This document shows, piece after piece, positions 35,901 through 49,300 of a DNA stretch of 64,000 nucleotides (its first letter is position 1; each line of letters begins with the position of its first letter). Origin of the DNA: Macrostomum lignano (taxonomy: Eukaryota). The translations under genes and the position numbers were made by a program. The stretch is from assembly GCA_002269645.1 (NCBI GenBank), contig NIVC01000059.1, positions 372,001 through 436,000 on the forward strand, read 5' to 3'. The notes beneath the pieces were generated by a model. That model was not told the origin of the DNA. It saw only the letters and a program-made list of their open reading frames with translations, and did no database searches.

Positions 35901-38877
35901 GAAGCAGACGGGTAAGTCATACTCGTATGTCCTGAACTGTCTACTTAGAATTTTTTGTCAGTAGCTCGGTGCGAAAGTCTAATATCTCAAATTCAGAAAT
36001 CTAATCTCTCAGATTCAGCAATCTAATCTCTCAGATTGACAAATCTAATCTCAGATTGACAAATCTAATCTCATATTGACAAATCTAATCTCATATTGAC
36101 AAATCTAATCTCTCAGATTGATAAATCTTATCTCTCAGATTGATAAATCTAATCTCTCAGATTGATAGATCTAATCTCTCAGATTCAGAAATCTATATCC
36201 GTCTTCATCCTCACGCAGCCGTCTGTGAACGCGTCTTCATCGTCGACCGCAGCCAATCGACGGGATTCGCTGACGGCCTCTCTGGCTTCCGGCCGCAGCA
36301 CGCCGTCTGCGGCCTCTGCAGCCTCGGCCTCGGCGCTGGCCGCCGCCGCTATTGAATCGGCCGCCGCAGCAGCCGCCGCCGAAGCTGAGAAAGAGGCCGC
36401 CTTGTTGGCCGCATCGGATGCGCGATCGGCTAGAGACGCCGCTCTTGCCGAGTGTCGCCGACTCGCCCTGACGGTTGAATCTCTCGCCGTTGTGTGCGGC
36501 TATGCTGCCAGAATCGACGGATTCAATGCGCCACTGTGGCGTCGGGCTGTTGAACACCTGCGGCGTCAGCTGGAAGCGCAGCGGTTGGAGTTGACTGAAC
36601 GAGCCAAGTTGGAGATCGAGTCAGTTAGGACTGCGCATGCTGAGCAGGTGAGGCTTGGATTAGTGTGAGAAGTGAGATGGGCAGGTGAGAGGAGAGATGG
36701 GCAGGTGAGAGGAGAGATCGGCAGGTGAGAGGACAGATGGGCAGGTGAGAGGAGAGATGGGCAGGTGAGAGGAGAGATGGGCAGGTGAGAGGAGAGATGG
36801 GCAGGTGAGAGGAGAGATGGGCAGGTGAGAGGAGAGATCGGCAGGTGAGAGGAGAGATCGGCAGGTGAGAGGACAGATGGGCAGGTGAGAGGAGAGATGG
36901 GCAGGTGAGAGGAGAGATCGGCAGGTGAGAGGACAGATGGGCAGGTGAGAGGAGAGATCGGCAGGTGAGAGGACAGATGGGCAGGTGAGAGGAGAGATCG
37001 GCAGGTGAGAGGACAGATGGGCAGGTGAGAGGAGAGATCGGCAGGTGAGAGGACAGATGGGCAGGTGAGAGGAGAGATCGGCAGGTGAGAGGAGAGATCG
37101 GCAGGTGAGAGGAGAGATCGGCAGGTGAGAGGAGAGATCGGCAGGTGAGAGGAGAGATGGGCAGGTGAGAGGAGAGATGGGCAGGTGAGAGGACAGATGG
37201 GCAGGTGAGAGGAGAGATCGGCAGGTGAGAAGACAGATGGGCAGGTGAGAGGAGAGATCGGCAGGTGAGAGGACAGATGGGCAGGTGAGAGGAGAGATCG
37301 GCAGGTGAGAGGAGAGATGGGCAGGTGAGAGGAGAGATGGGCAGGTGAGAGTAGAGATGGGAAGGTGAGAGGTGATATGGGCAGGTGAGAGGAGAGATGG
37401 GCAGGTGAGACGATAGATAGGCAGGTTAGAATAGAGATGGGCAGGTGAGAGGAGAGATGGGCAGGTGAGAGTAGAGATGGGCAGGTGAGAGGTGATATGG
37501 GCAGGTGAGAGGAGAGATGGGCAGGTGAGTGTAGAGATGGGCAGGTGAGAGGAGAGAGGCAGGTGAGACAATAGATGAGCAGGTTAGAGTAGAGGTGGGC
37601 AGGTGAGAGTAGAGATGGGCAGGTGAGAGTAGAGATGGGCAGGTGAGAGGAGAGGTGGGCAGATGAGAGTAGAGATGGGCAGGTGAGAGGAGGTTTAAAA
37701 TAAACGCATAATTTTGTACTTTTTAATTGCCTCACTCCGCAGTTGTCTGCCTTGGCCCAGCAGCATCAGACAACGCTGGATCAGCAGCAGGCTCTCCACA
37801 GCCAAGAATTGCAATCCATTGCCGAGCAGAATTCTAAAGCAATGCATGGTAAAAAAAAGTGTTCATATTGCTACTTTTCTCAGTAGCTGTATTAGCAAAT
37901 ATGCGAATACATTCTGATTAAATTTTCAGATTCCGAGCAGCGTCACGAGGTCAAACTAAGCGATCAGGCCAGCAAATTCGAGGCGGCTATTGCCGAACTG
38001 CAGTCCCAGCTGTCTATGACCCAGTTTGAGTCCGCCTCGCTCAAGGAGAAGGTCTACGCTTCCGATGCAAAAATTCTGGTAAGTTTTGCTGTTAGTGTAT
38101 AAAAATTGCTTTGCAAAGTTTTTTTCGCTACATGTCGGCTGTGTGAAAAAATCAAGTTTTCGCCAATTAAATTATGCTTTATTAATTTTGTTTTATAATT
38201 TTCAGGAGATCACGGAAGAATTTCAACAGAAACTGTCTGCGAAGACTCAACCTACTGAATCGAAAGCTGTATCAACTGATTTGGAATTTCATTCGCTTAG
38301 TATGGAAGTTTGTGCCGAAGAATTGCAAGAATCTTATAGTGAGATTTTAGAATCTCACCCGGTGAAATCGGAATCTCACCCAGAGAAATTGGATTCTCAT
38401 CTAGAGAAATCGGAATCTCACCAAGAAAAATCGGAGTCTCACCAAGAAAAATCGGAATCTCATCCTGAGAAATCTGAATCTCACCAAGACAAATCGGAAT
38501 CTCACCCAGAGAAATCGGAATCTCATCCCGAGAAGTCGGAGTCTCACCAAGAAAAATCGGAATCTCATCCTGAGAAGTCGGAATCTCACCCAAAGAAATC
38601 GGAATCTCATCCTGAAAAGTCGGAATCTCAGACTAAGGATCCAGATTTCCCAATGCCCCTGTGTGAATCGATCGCTGAGACTCCGGAATCCTCTATCCAG
38701 TTGAGACACGGCGGCAGTGTCAGGAGCTCAGCCAGTTCAACCAATCAGCGCCAGTCTCAGGCCCGGGTTTCGTCTGTCCTCGACGGAGATGAGCGTCCAA
38801 TCGCTCCTCTGGTGCAAATGCAGTCGCCATCGGGTTCTGCCGTCAGCGCTTTGCAAGCTGAAGTGGCCGAATTACAG
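32956..38877 (+). CDS. MTUS1-like: MTUS1/2-family gene, duplicated exon block A-G: 32956-33301, 35037-35606, 35706-35911, 36219-36647, 37743-37848, 37930-38078, 38206-38877 (lacks the C-terminal exons)
   Basis: GT-AG exons chain in frame (2,478 nt = 826 codons) and match the block at +17,484. This is either a truncated copy or part of an internally duplicated transcript. Confidence 0.7.
33625..33911. mobile_element. hAT-type MITE, CATACATG family (287 bp; copy at 51109-51395)
   Basis: TIR CATACATGTGCAAC vs CATACATGCGCAAC; TSD GCTGGCGG/GCTGGCGA. Confidence 0.8.
35990..36200. repeat. Intronic 20-22-bp repeat TCTAATCTCTCAGATTGACAAA (copy at ~53474-53684)
   Basis: Tandem periodicity. Confidence 0.9.
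36675..37690. repeat. Intronic 20-bp minisatellite GGGCAGGTGAGAGGAGAGAT (copy at 54159-55174)
   Basis: About 50 tandem units filling the intron. Confidence 0.97.
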
Positions 38878-39300
38878 GTGAAATATTTTAATTATTATCA
38901 ATGACACTTGACTTTAAGTAGGGATTTCCCTTTCGGGGTTTTACCTACACCATGAAATTCCCATTCAGGGGTTTCCATACCACAATTTATTATCTATTCG
39001 GTATTTCCTGCCAAAATGGATTTCCTATTCGGAGGTTTCCCTGCAACAATAGATTTCCCGTTCGTGGTTTTCCCCGCGACAATGGATTTTTCCATTTAAG
39101 GGTTTCCACTACACGATAGATTTCCCGTTCAGGGTTTCCCTGACACAATGGATTTCCCATTTGGGGGTTTCCCCTACACTATAGATTTCCCGTTCGGGGT
39201 TTCCCTGACACAATGGATTTCCCATTTGGGGGTTTCCCCTACACTATAGATTTCCCGTTCGGGGTTTCCCTGACACAATGGATTTCCCACTGGATTTCCC

Positions 39301-42300
39301 AGCACTGTACTATAGCTTCATTTAATTTTTATATGACATTTCTTTCATGTCTGACATGACGCTTCTTTTGATTTTTACGTTACGCTTCTTTTATTCTTCC
39401 ATGATGCTTCTTAATTTTTTAAATGACACACTTTCATTAGTTTTTATATGAGGCTTCTATAATTTTTTCATGACGCTTCTATGCTTGTTTACATGACGCT
39501 TGTATGATTTTTACATGACGCTTCTATGATTGTTTACATGACGCTTGTATGATTGTTTACATGACGCTTCTATGATTTTTTACATGACGCTTTTATGATT
39601 TTTACATGACGCTTCTATGATTTTTTACATGACGCTTCTATGATTTTTACATGACGCTTCTATGATTTTTACATGACGCTTCTATGATTTTTACATGACG
39701 CTTCTATGATTGTTTACATGACGCTTCTATGATTGTATACATGACGCTTCTATGATTGTTTACATGACGCTTCTATGATTGTATACATGACGCTTCTATG
39801 ATTGTTTACATGACGCTTTTATGATTGTTTACATGACGCTTCTATGATTTTTACATGACGCTTCTATGATTTTTACATGACGCTTCTATGATTGTTTACA
39901 TGACGCTTCTATGATTGTTTACATGACGCTTCTATGATTTTAACATGACGCTTCTATGATTTTTTTACATGACGCTTCTATGATTGTTTACATGACGCTT
40001 GTATGATTGTTTACATGACGCTTGTATGATTTTAACATGACGCTTCTATGATTGTTTACATTACGCTTCTATGATTTTTACATGACGCTTCTATGATTGT
40101 TTACATGACGCTTCTATGATTGTTTACATGACGCTTGTATGATTGTTTACATGACGCTTCCATAATTTTTTTTGTCTTGGCGTTAAAAGGCTTTAATTAA
40201 AAAAACTCTACTCTCTAAAAATTCGAACCATCGTCCCTGCATTTAGCAGTTTAGTCTGTTTACCTCTAGGCTAGCTCTCATGAATTTTAGTCATTACCCC
40301 TAAATAGAAAATATTCCCAAGACAGCAAGCATCCCCCCAGTAGCAAGCATCCCCTAATACTCCTAGCAAGCATCCACCCAGATAGCAAGCATCTGCAGAT
40401 AGCAAGCATCTTGCAGATAGCAAGCATCTTGCAGATAGCAAGCATACCCCAAATAATGTAGAAGCATCCTTCCAGATAGCAAGCATCCTGCACATAGCAA
40501 GAATCCCTAAATAGCAAGCATCCCTGGATAGAAATAATCCTATACATGTAGCCAAGCTTATCAAGCGCAGTAATCCTTGGCTATCGAGTGCAGTAATCCT
40601 TGGTTTATTAATAGCAATAATCCATGGCTTATCGAGTGCAGTAATCCTTGGTTTATTAATAGCAATAATCCTTGGCTTATCGAGTGCAGTAATTCATGGT
40701 TTATTAATAGCAATAATCCTTGGCTTATCGAGTGCAGTAATCCTTGGTTTATTAATAGCAATAATCCATGCCTTATCGAGTGCAGTAATCCTTGGTTTAT
40801 TAATAGCAATAATCCTTGGCTTATCGAGTGCAGTAATCCTTGGTTTGCCAAGTGCATAATCCTTGGTTTATTAATAGCAATAATCCTTGGTTTATCGAGT
40901 GCAGTAATCCTTGGTTTATTAATAGCAATAATCCTTGGCTTATCGAGTGCAGTAATCCTTGGTTTATTAATAGCAATAATCCATGGCTTATCGAGTGCAG
41001 TAATCCTTGGTTTGCCAAGAGCAATAGTCCTTGGCTTATCGAGTGCAGTAATCCTTGGTTTGCCAAGAGTAATAGTCCTTGGTTTATTGAGTGCAGTAAT
41101 CCTTGGTTTATTAATAGCAATAGTCCTTGGTTTATTGAGTGCAGTAATCCTTGGTTTATTAATAGCAATAATCCTTGGCTTATCGAGTGCAGTAATCCTT
41201 GGTTTGCCAAGTGCATAATCCTTGGTTTATTAATAGCAATAATCCTTGGCTTATCGAGTGCAGTAATCCTTGGTTTATTAATAGCAATAATCCTTGGTTT
41301 ATCGAGTGCATTAATCCTTGGTTTATTAATAGCAATAATCCTTGGCTTATCGAGTGCAGTAATCCTTGGTTTATTAATAGCAATAATCCTTGGCTTATCG
41401 AGTGCAGTAATCCTTGGTTTGCCAAGAGCAATAGTCCTTGGTTTTTTGAGTGCAGTAATCCTTGGTTTATTAATAGCAATAGTCCTTGGTTTATTGAGTG
41501 CAGTAATGCTTGGTTTATTAATAGCAATAATCCTTGGCTTATCGATTGCAGTAATCCTTGGTTTGCCAAGTGCATAATCCTAGGTTTATTAATAGCAATA
41601 ATCCTTGGTTTATCGAGTGCAGTAATCCTTAGTTTATTAATAGCAATAATCCTTGGCTTATCGAGTGCAGTAATCCTTGGTTTATTAATAGCAATAATCC
41701 ATGGCTTATCGAGTGCAGTAATCCTTGGTTTGCCAAGAGCAATAGTCCTTGGCTTATCGAGTGCAGTAATCCTTGGTTTGCCAAGAGCAATAGTCCTTGG
41801 TTTATTGAGTGCAGTAATCCTTGGTTTATTAATAGCAATAGTCCTTGGCTTATCGAGTGCAGTAATCCTTGGTTTATTAATAGCAATAATCCTTGGTTTA
41901 TCGAGTGCAGTAATCCTTGGTTTATTAATAGCAATAATCCTTGGCTTATCGAGTGCAGTAATCCTTGGTTTATTAATAGCAATAATCCATGGCTTATGAG
42001 TGCAGTAATCCTTGGTTTATTAATAGCAATAATCCTTGGCTTATCGAGTGCAGTAATTCATGGTTTATTAATAGCAATAATCCTTGGCTTATCGAGTGCA
42101 GTAATCCTTGGTTTATTAATAGCAATAATCCATGGCTTATCGAGTGCAGTAATCCTTGGTTTGCCAAGAGCAATAATCCTTGGCTTATCGAGTGCAGTAT
42201 TCCTTGGTTTGCCAAGAGCAATAATCCTTAGCTTATCGAGTGCAGTAATCTAAGTGTTTTTATTTAGTCCTTTAATAAAAGCTTTTAATAAAAAATTTTA

Positions 42301-45300
42301 CACTACTACTTTTAAACTACTTAGATTCGAACCCAGGTCGCTGCATTAGCAGTCTGGTCTGCTCAGCTCTAGGCTAGCTCTCATCGAAGTTATCAGTGAA
42401 TTTGTACCACTTATATAATTCAACACTCACACCAAGTCAGGTAGAGTAAAAAGTCACGCGAAGCAGTTATGACATAATCAATTTCTTAGGCAAGTCAGTA
42501 CCAGTGTCTATGAAAGTTAACAATATGGTTACGTAATATAAATTCAGTACTGCACTATACTTTCACCCTCAAAGCTGTGACGCAATTCAATTGAGTGTCA
42601 AATTCAGCCAGTACACAGACGATAAATAAAGTGTATTGTGATGCAATCTATTTCAGAATCAGAATTCAACCAGTCAGATTTTTCTCTAGCATTCTTACAA
42701 TGCATTTCAGGTCGAAAGAGCTGCTTGACCTTTGCAAAAAATCATGTTTTTCGAATATTTAATCCCTTTAACATTGAGCAATTTCTTAGCCAATATGCAT
42801 GTACCGTCCCGGGAAAATTTCTGATCGAATGGTGCAAGTTTGAAGAAAATCGGTTGAGCCGTTCGGGAGAAAATCAATTACAAGCAAGCAACCAAGCATT
42901 TCATTTTTAGTATATTAGACTAGCAATCTACGCCCCCCGTTGGGGAGCCAAAGAAATGCAATACACGTTTTTTTAATAAGCTACATGTATCCTTGAAATC
43001 TTAAAAAACCTCCTGTCAAACCTTGTAAGCCTTGACATGTCAGTAATCCCCCCCCCACAAGCTTTAACATATCAACTTCCCCCCTTGACATCTCAGCAAT
43101 GCCCCCAATAAGCCTTGGAAATCTAAAAATATCTGTCAACCTTCTAACCCTAACGCTAGCCTAACCCTAACCCTAACCCTAACCCTAACCCAACCCTAAA
43201 GCATTGAAATTTCAGTAATTCTCTCTAAGAGTCATTATAGCACTACTACAGTATTATAGCGAATCCCTGTAAGCCTCGACATCGTAGGGATTCCCAAATG
43301 AATATCTTAACTTCGACATGAAGCTTCTTTTATTTTTTACATTACGCTTTTTTTATCAGCGATCCCTCCCCTGAGGAGGCATCAAATAATGTAATAAAAA
43401 GTTTTCAATAAACTACATGTAGCTTCTGACTTTAGCCTTGATATCTTATTTATACCCCCGTGAGCCTTGACATCTAAGCTATTCCCCCGTAAGCCTTGAC
43501 ATGTCAGCGATGGCCCCATAAACCTTGAAATCTAAAAAATCCCCTGTTAACCTTGAAACCCGCTAAAATCTAACCCTCGACCCACACCTGACCTAAACCT
43601 AACTTTAACCCAACCTAAAGCCTTGAAATCTCAGAAATTCTTCTCCCCTAAGCCTTGACATTTTAGTGATTCCTTCTTTAAGAATCACAGCACTATAACG
43701 ATTTCCACCAAGCTTTGACATCGTTGCGATTCCCAAATAAATCTTTTAACTTTGACATGACTTTTATTTTATGTATACATAGTGCTACTTTTATTTTTTA
43801 CATGACTCTTCTTCTATCAGCGCCCCCCGTGTCGAGCCAACAAATAATGCAATAAAAAAATTGAGTAAAGTACATGAACTTTGAAGTAGCTTCTGACTTT
43901 TGCTTTGACATCTCAGAAACCCCCCCCCGTAATCTCAGTTATTCTCTGAGACCCTTTACGTCTCAGTTTTTCTCCCCAGCACAGCATTATAGCTGCATTT
44001 AATTTTTACATGACACCCTTCATGTCTGACATGACGCTTCTTTTATTCTACCATGATGCTTCTTAATTTTTTAAATGACACTTTCATTAGTTTTAAATGA
44101 GGCTCCTATGATTATTTCATGACGCTTCTACGATTTCTGCAGGACGCTTCAATGATTTTTACATGACGCCTCTATGATTTTTACATGACGCTACTATGAT
44201 TTTCATATGACGCTTCTATGATTTTTTACATGACGCTTTTATGATTTTTTACATGACGCTTTTATGATTTTTACATGACGCTTCTATGATTGTTTACATG
44301 ACGCTTCTATGATTTTTTACATGGCGCTTCTATGATTGTTTACATGACGCTTCTATGATTTTTACATGACGCTTCTATGATTGTTTACATGACGCTTCTA
44401 CGATTTTTATATGACGCTTCTATGATTTTTTAAATGGCGCTTCTATGATTTTTTAATGACGCTTCTATGATTTTTTACATGACGCTTCTGTGATTGTTTA
44501 CATGACTCTTCTATGATTGTTTACATGACGCTTCTATGATTGTTTACATGACGCTTCTATGATTGTTTACATGACGCTTCTATGATTGTTTACATGACGC
44601 TTCTATGATTGTTTACATGACGCTTCTATGATTGTTTACATGACGCTTCTATGATTGTTTACATGACGCTTCTAAGATTTTTTACATGACGCTTCTACGA
44701 TTTTTTACATGACGCTTCTATGATTGTTTACATGACGCTTCTATGATTTTTTAAATGACGCTTCTATGATTTTTATATGACGCTTCTATGATTTTTTAAA
44801 TGACGCTTCTATGATTGTTTACATGACGCTTCTATGATTTTTTACATGACTCTTCTATGATTTTTTAAATGACGCTTCTATTATTTTTTAATGACGCTTC
44901 TATGATTGTTTAAATGACGCTTCTATGATTGTTTACATGACGCTTCTATGATTGTTTACATGACGCTTCTATGATTGTTTACATGACGCTTCTATGATTG
45001 TTTACATGAGGCTTCTTTGATTGTTTACATGACGCTTCTAAGATTTTTTACATGACGCTTCTAAGATTTTTTACATGACGCTTCTATGATTGTTTACATG
45101 ACGCTTCTATGATTTTTTAAATGACGCTTCTATGATTTTTATATGACGCTTCTATGATTTTTTACATGACGCTTCTATGATTGTTTACATGACGCTTCTA
45201 CGATTTTTTAAATGACGCATCTATGATTTTTATATGACGCTTCTATGATTTTTTACATGACGCTTCTATGATTGTTTACATGACGCTTCTATGATTTTTT

Positions 45301-46378
45301 ACATGACGCTTCTATGATTTTTAAATGATGCTTCTATGATTTTGTAAATGACGCTTCTATGATTGTTTACATGACGCTTCTATGATTTTTACATGACGCT
45401 TCTTTTTAAAAAGTCTTTTAGTTTTCCTGACGTTGAAAAGCTTTAATTAAAAAAATTATACTCTATGAAAATTCAAACCATCGTCACTGCATTTAGCAGT
45501 TCAGTTTGTTCACCTTTAGGCTAGCTCTCATCGTTTTGATAACATCAACTTTTGCACTTATATAACTCAACACTTTTAAATCCAAGCATAGAGTAAATCA
45601 CACGAAGCAGTTATTACATAATCAGTTTCTCAGTCAGTCAGTATCAGTTAACAATATGGTTACGCAATTTAAATCAAGTCTGGTGCTACGCTTCCACACT
45701 GCATTTTCAATTCAAGTCGGAGTTACAATTCAGTTATGATGCAATCTATTTCAGAATCAGAATTCAACCAGTCAGTTTTTTCTCTAGCATTCTTACAATG
45801 CATTTCAAGTCAAAAAGTTTGCTTGACCTTTGCAAAAAAGCATGTTTTTCGAATATTTAATCGCTTTAGCATCGAGCAATTTCTTAGCCACGATGCATGT
45901 ACCGTCACGGGAAAATTTCTGATCGAACAGCGCAAGTTCGAACAAAATCGGTCCAGCCATTTTTTCTCTAATCTATCACATATATATATATATATAGACA
46001 TCACATTTTTAGTATATAGGACTAGCTAATTAGAGCTGGCTGCCAGCAGCCAGAATAATTTTTTTATTGCCCCCCTTTAAGTGGAGCGGAGTGAGTTTTC
46101 TTATCAGTTGGCTCTGGCGCAATCAATTAAAATTGGCAGTGAAGTTTCTGGCTGATAAAATTTGCATTGAAAAAGGCCATTTAAAACAGTTTTTCGAATA
46201 TTTAATCCCTTAAGCATTGAAGCAGATACAAGAAATTTTAACTGTCTTCTTTCCAGACAATTTTGAATCTTTTGGCGAAAACGCGATGAAAATCGGTGAA
46301 GAATTGCTCGCTCTAGAGCGTTATGGACATTCAAGCAAGCATACAAACCTTAGAGATTTAGTATATTTAAGAAGAAGA
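39301..46378 (-). mobile_element. Duplicated partial Helitron train (E6' lacking its CTAG end, E7', E8')
   Basis: Near-identical to 15740-22842, with CTAG|TC junctions at 42919|42920 and 46021|46022. Confidence 0.85.
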
Positions 46379-49300
46379 TATAACCCAATTAATTTGTAAG
46401 TCTGGAGAAATTTAAGGTGCTCTTGCAAAACTGCACCAAAAGGTAAGTGCACAACACAACGAAAGTAATCGATCGTCGCGAGCTGTGCATGTCGGAGCTG
46501 TCGAATCCTCTCAAATTCTCTGCACAATCCGGCCAGATTGTACGTTACATGTACATGTACATGTGCATGTACAGCTCAATTAAGCACATTTTAATCCAGT
46601 GCCTGTTCCACGAATTTTGCGAATTGTATTAACAAATCAGGCTGATACTGAAGAACGACTAAATAGCTTTTACATACCTTAGCCAAACATCTAAGTGGTT
46701 GGTTCAATTCAATGGTTAGCCTTCACCAGCAAATAATGGATCGAGCCCTAAAGTAAAAAAAATACGATATTCAATTCAGGTGCACAGAGCATTAGAAACA
46801 TCTAAATAAAATAATATTGTGTAGCTTATATTTTAGATAATATATTCATTTTTAAAATTTGAATTAGTTAAAATTTCTTTTTTGTTAAACAGGTTTTGAT
46901 GCCTTACTACTTTTAGCGCACTAATTTGACTTGCATGAAACAACCGCAATATATTGTTCCTCGCTCGACTTGACGACTTCTGGGTTCTCCGTCATCTCCG
47001 ACACGGTTTAATTGATTTATATTTAGTCAAGTGTAGTGTGTAGTTAGAGCAAGCTGCCTAGAGCTGTTTCTAATTTAAATATGTCACATAGCCTAGGCCT
47101 ATGCCTATCTCAGTGTATCTATAGGCCTATCTTATGCCATAGGCCAGGGGTCGGCAAACTTTTTCAACGTATGGGCCAGATGACTGCGGGCCAGAGAGAA
47201 GAGAGGGAATAGAGGAGAAAAAGGAAGAAGGGAGGAGAGAGAGGAGATAAGAGGATAGTGAAGACGAGAGGACAGGTAAGAGAAGCTGAGAAGGGAGGCA
47301 TGGGGAGATGGAGAGGGAAGAGAGGAGGAAAGGGATAGGTCGATAGGAGAGGGGAGAGGTGGAGAGAGAGAGAAGAGAAGGAATAGGAGACCCCAAAGAA
47401 GTAGAGAGAGGAGAGAGAAAAGAAAAACCTTGAGTTGGCCAGATTGCTATTGTGAAGTTTCATTCATGGACCCAAGGGCCAGACATAGAGGTCTTTGTAG
47501 GCTGCATGTGGGTGGCCTGAGGGTAACAGTCTGCCAGTCCCTGCCATAGCCCACTTGGTGCTTATGCCTAATGGCCTACTATGCAGTTGAAGAAAGTAAA
47601 TAGTAGGCCCCTATAAATACTGCTTTCATTTTGTTTTTATTTATTTTATTTTTAAGTTCTTAAAAAAGTTTTTTGTGATTTAGTTGTCTATTAATTTTTT
47701 TTAAAGTCCGGCAGCTCAAGTCTGAGAATATTCTTTTTGATCAAAATTTATCTAAGCCTACTGTAACAGAACTATATATAAAGATTTAAGACCATGCCAT
47801 TTTTGTAACTTAGTAAGACAACAATTAACAAATGGAACATGTCTTTTTAACTTGAATTTAGTTCAATATATTGGGTTGGGGATTGTTTGGCTCATTGCTA
47901 AACAATCAATTTAGGACTTGATATTGGCTATCATTTTGTATATATAGTATTGATCCACTCGGTAGAATAACAAAGACAACTTTCTAGCTATTTGAGACTA
48001 TGTGCCATTTAATTATGTCTTTTGATAATCATACATGCAGAACCTCCAAAATTCAGTTGGCCATGTGACTTAATTTTAACAAAAAATGCAACATAGTTTT
48101 TGGCCAAAAATGCAACTTACCTGTCAAAGAAACTAAAGCAAACTTAATACAATTTTGGGTAAATGGCAAGAATAACTATTACTGTCCTATTCAGGCTAAA
48201 TGCCTTGTCATCTAATTAGTACTACATCTATATTCCTACTTGTAGGCATTTTTGCAACTTACCTTGGTTGGCCGCCAGATTGGCCAACTTGGCTGACTAT
48301 TGCGCATGTATGATGATAATAAACTTTTTGCTTTAATATTTCCTAGAAGTAGAGGTCGGATGGGATTGAAATCTTCGGGCGGGATCGGGATCGGGAATAA
48401 TTTTTTTCTCGGGATCGGGATTGGGATTCGGGAATTGGGATCAGGTCTTTTAGTGTATTGTCCATGTAAAGTTAAACAAAATTGAGAAAAGATTATCAAG
48501 ATCAAGAAGTAAAACACAACGAAATTGATATGAAGTTTTGTAACCAACAAAGTAAATAATATAACGAGTATAAGTTGAAGCAAAATACCTTTAAGTAATC
48601 ACTAATTCTATAAATTATTAATCGAAAGACCTGTTCCCGAATCTCGACTTTTTTAGGGTCGGGATTCTGGTCCCGTGGGAATTCAATTTTCCTCGGGATC
48701 CCGAGATTTTGGGATCGGGATCGGGATCCTGTCCGACCTCTACCTAGAAGTTCCTAATAGGTTGCAACTATGACATATAAGTTGCTAGTGGATAGAATAG
48801 TAGTCACATGACTGCTCTCAGCCAAAAGTGACTTACATGTGTGTATGTTACCAATAGAAATGGCCAGGTGAATCCCAAGGTTGCACATGTATGTTAAGTA
48901 CATCACCTTGAGTTGTTGCATCATAGAACCTATTGCCAGAGATGAGATAATAGTAAAGAAAAATTTATTATCTATGATGGCATATGTTGATATTAGCATT
49001 GTTATTGTTCTAGTAACACAAATAATACTTTCTTTTTTATATGCATTTAGTCCTTGTTTCTTGATAATCTTGTTGACATATAGCTAGTTGATATCATATC
49101 TGTATACAATTTTGTACCAGGATAGACCTATATCTTGGAATATTCTCTAATATAAGAGAATTATTCTTTAATTCTCTTAAAATTCCATAAACAATTGATC
49201 TTTAGACACCAAACTCAAACAAAATATTGTGTAATTGGAGTGTTGCTCAGCCCAGGATGTTCTATTTTATATTGTACAACTAGTTTATATTATTGCTCTT

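Larger units (their letters stand above)
15740..39289 (+). repeat. Tandem segmental duplication, copy 1 (includes the 6.05-kb transposon insertion)
   Basis: Matches 39301-56773 at offset ~23,540 before the insertion and 17,484 after it. ORF translations in the unique parts are identical between copies. Confidence 0.95.

Noticed and set aside
36566-37735. 389-aa and 303-aa minus-strand ORFs (and copies at 54050-55219)
   Set aside because: They translate a 20-bp intronic minisatellite antisense to the real gene.
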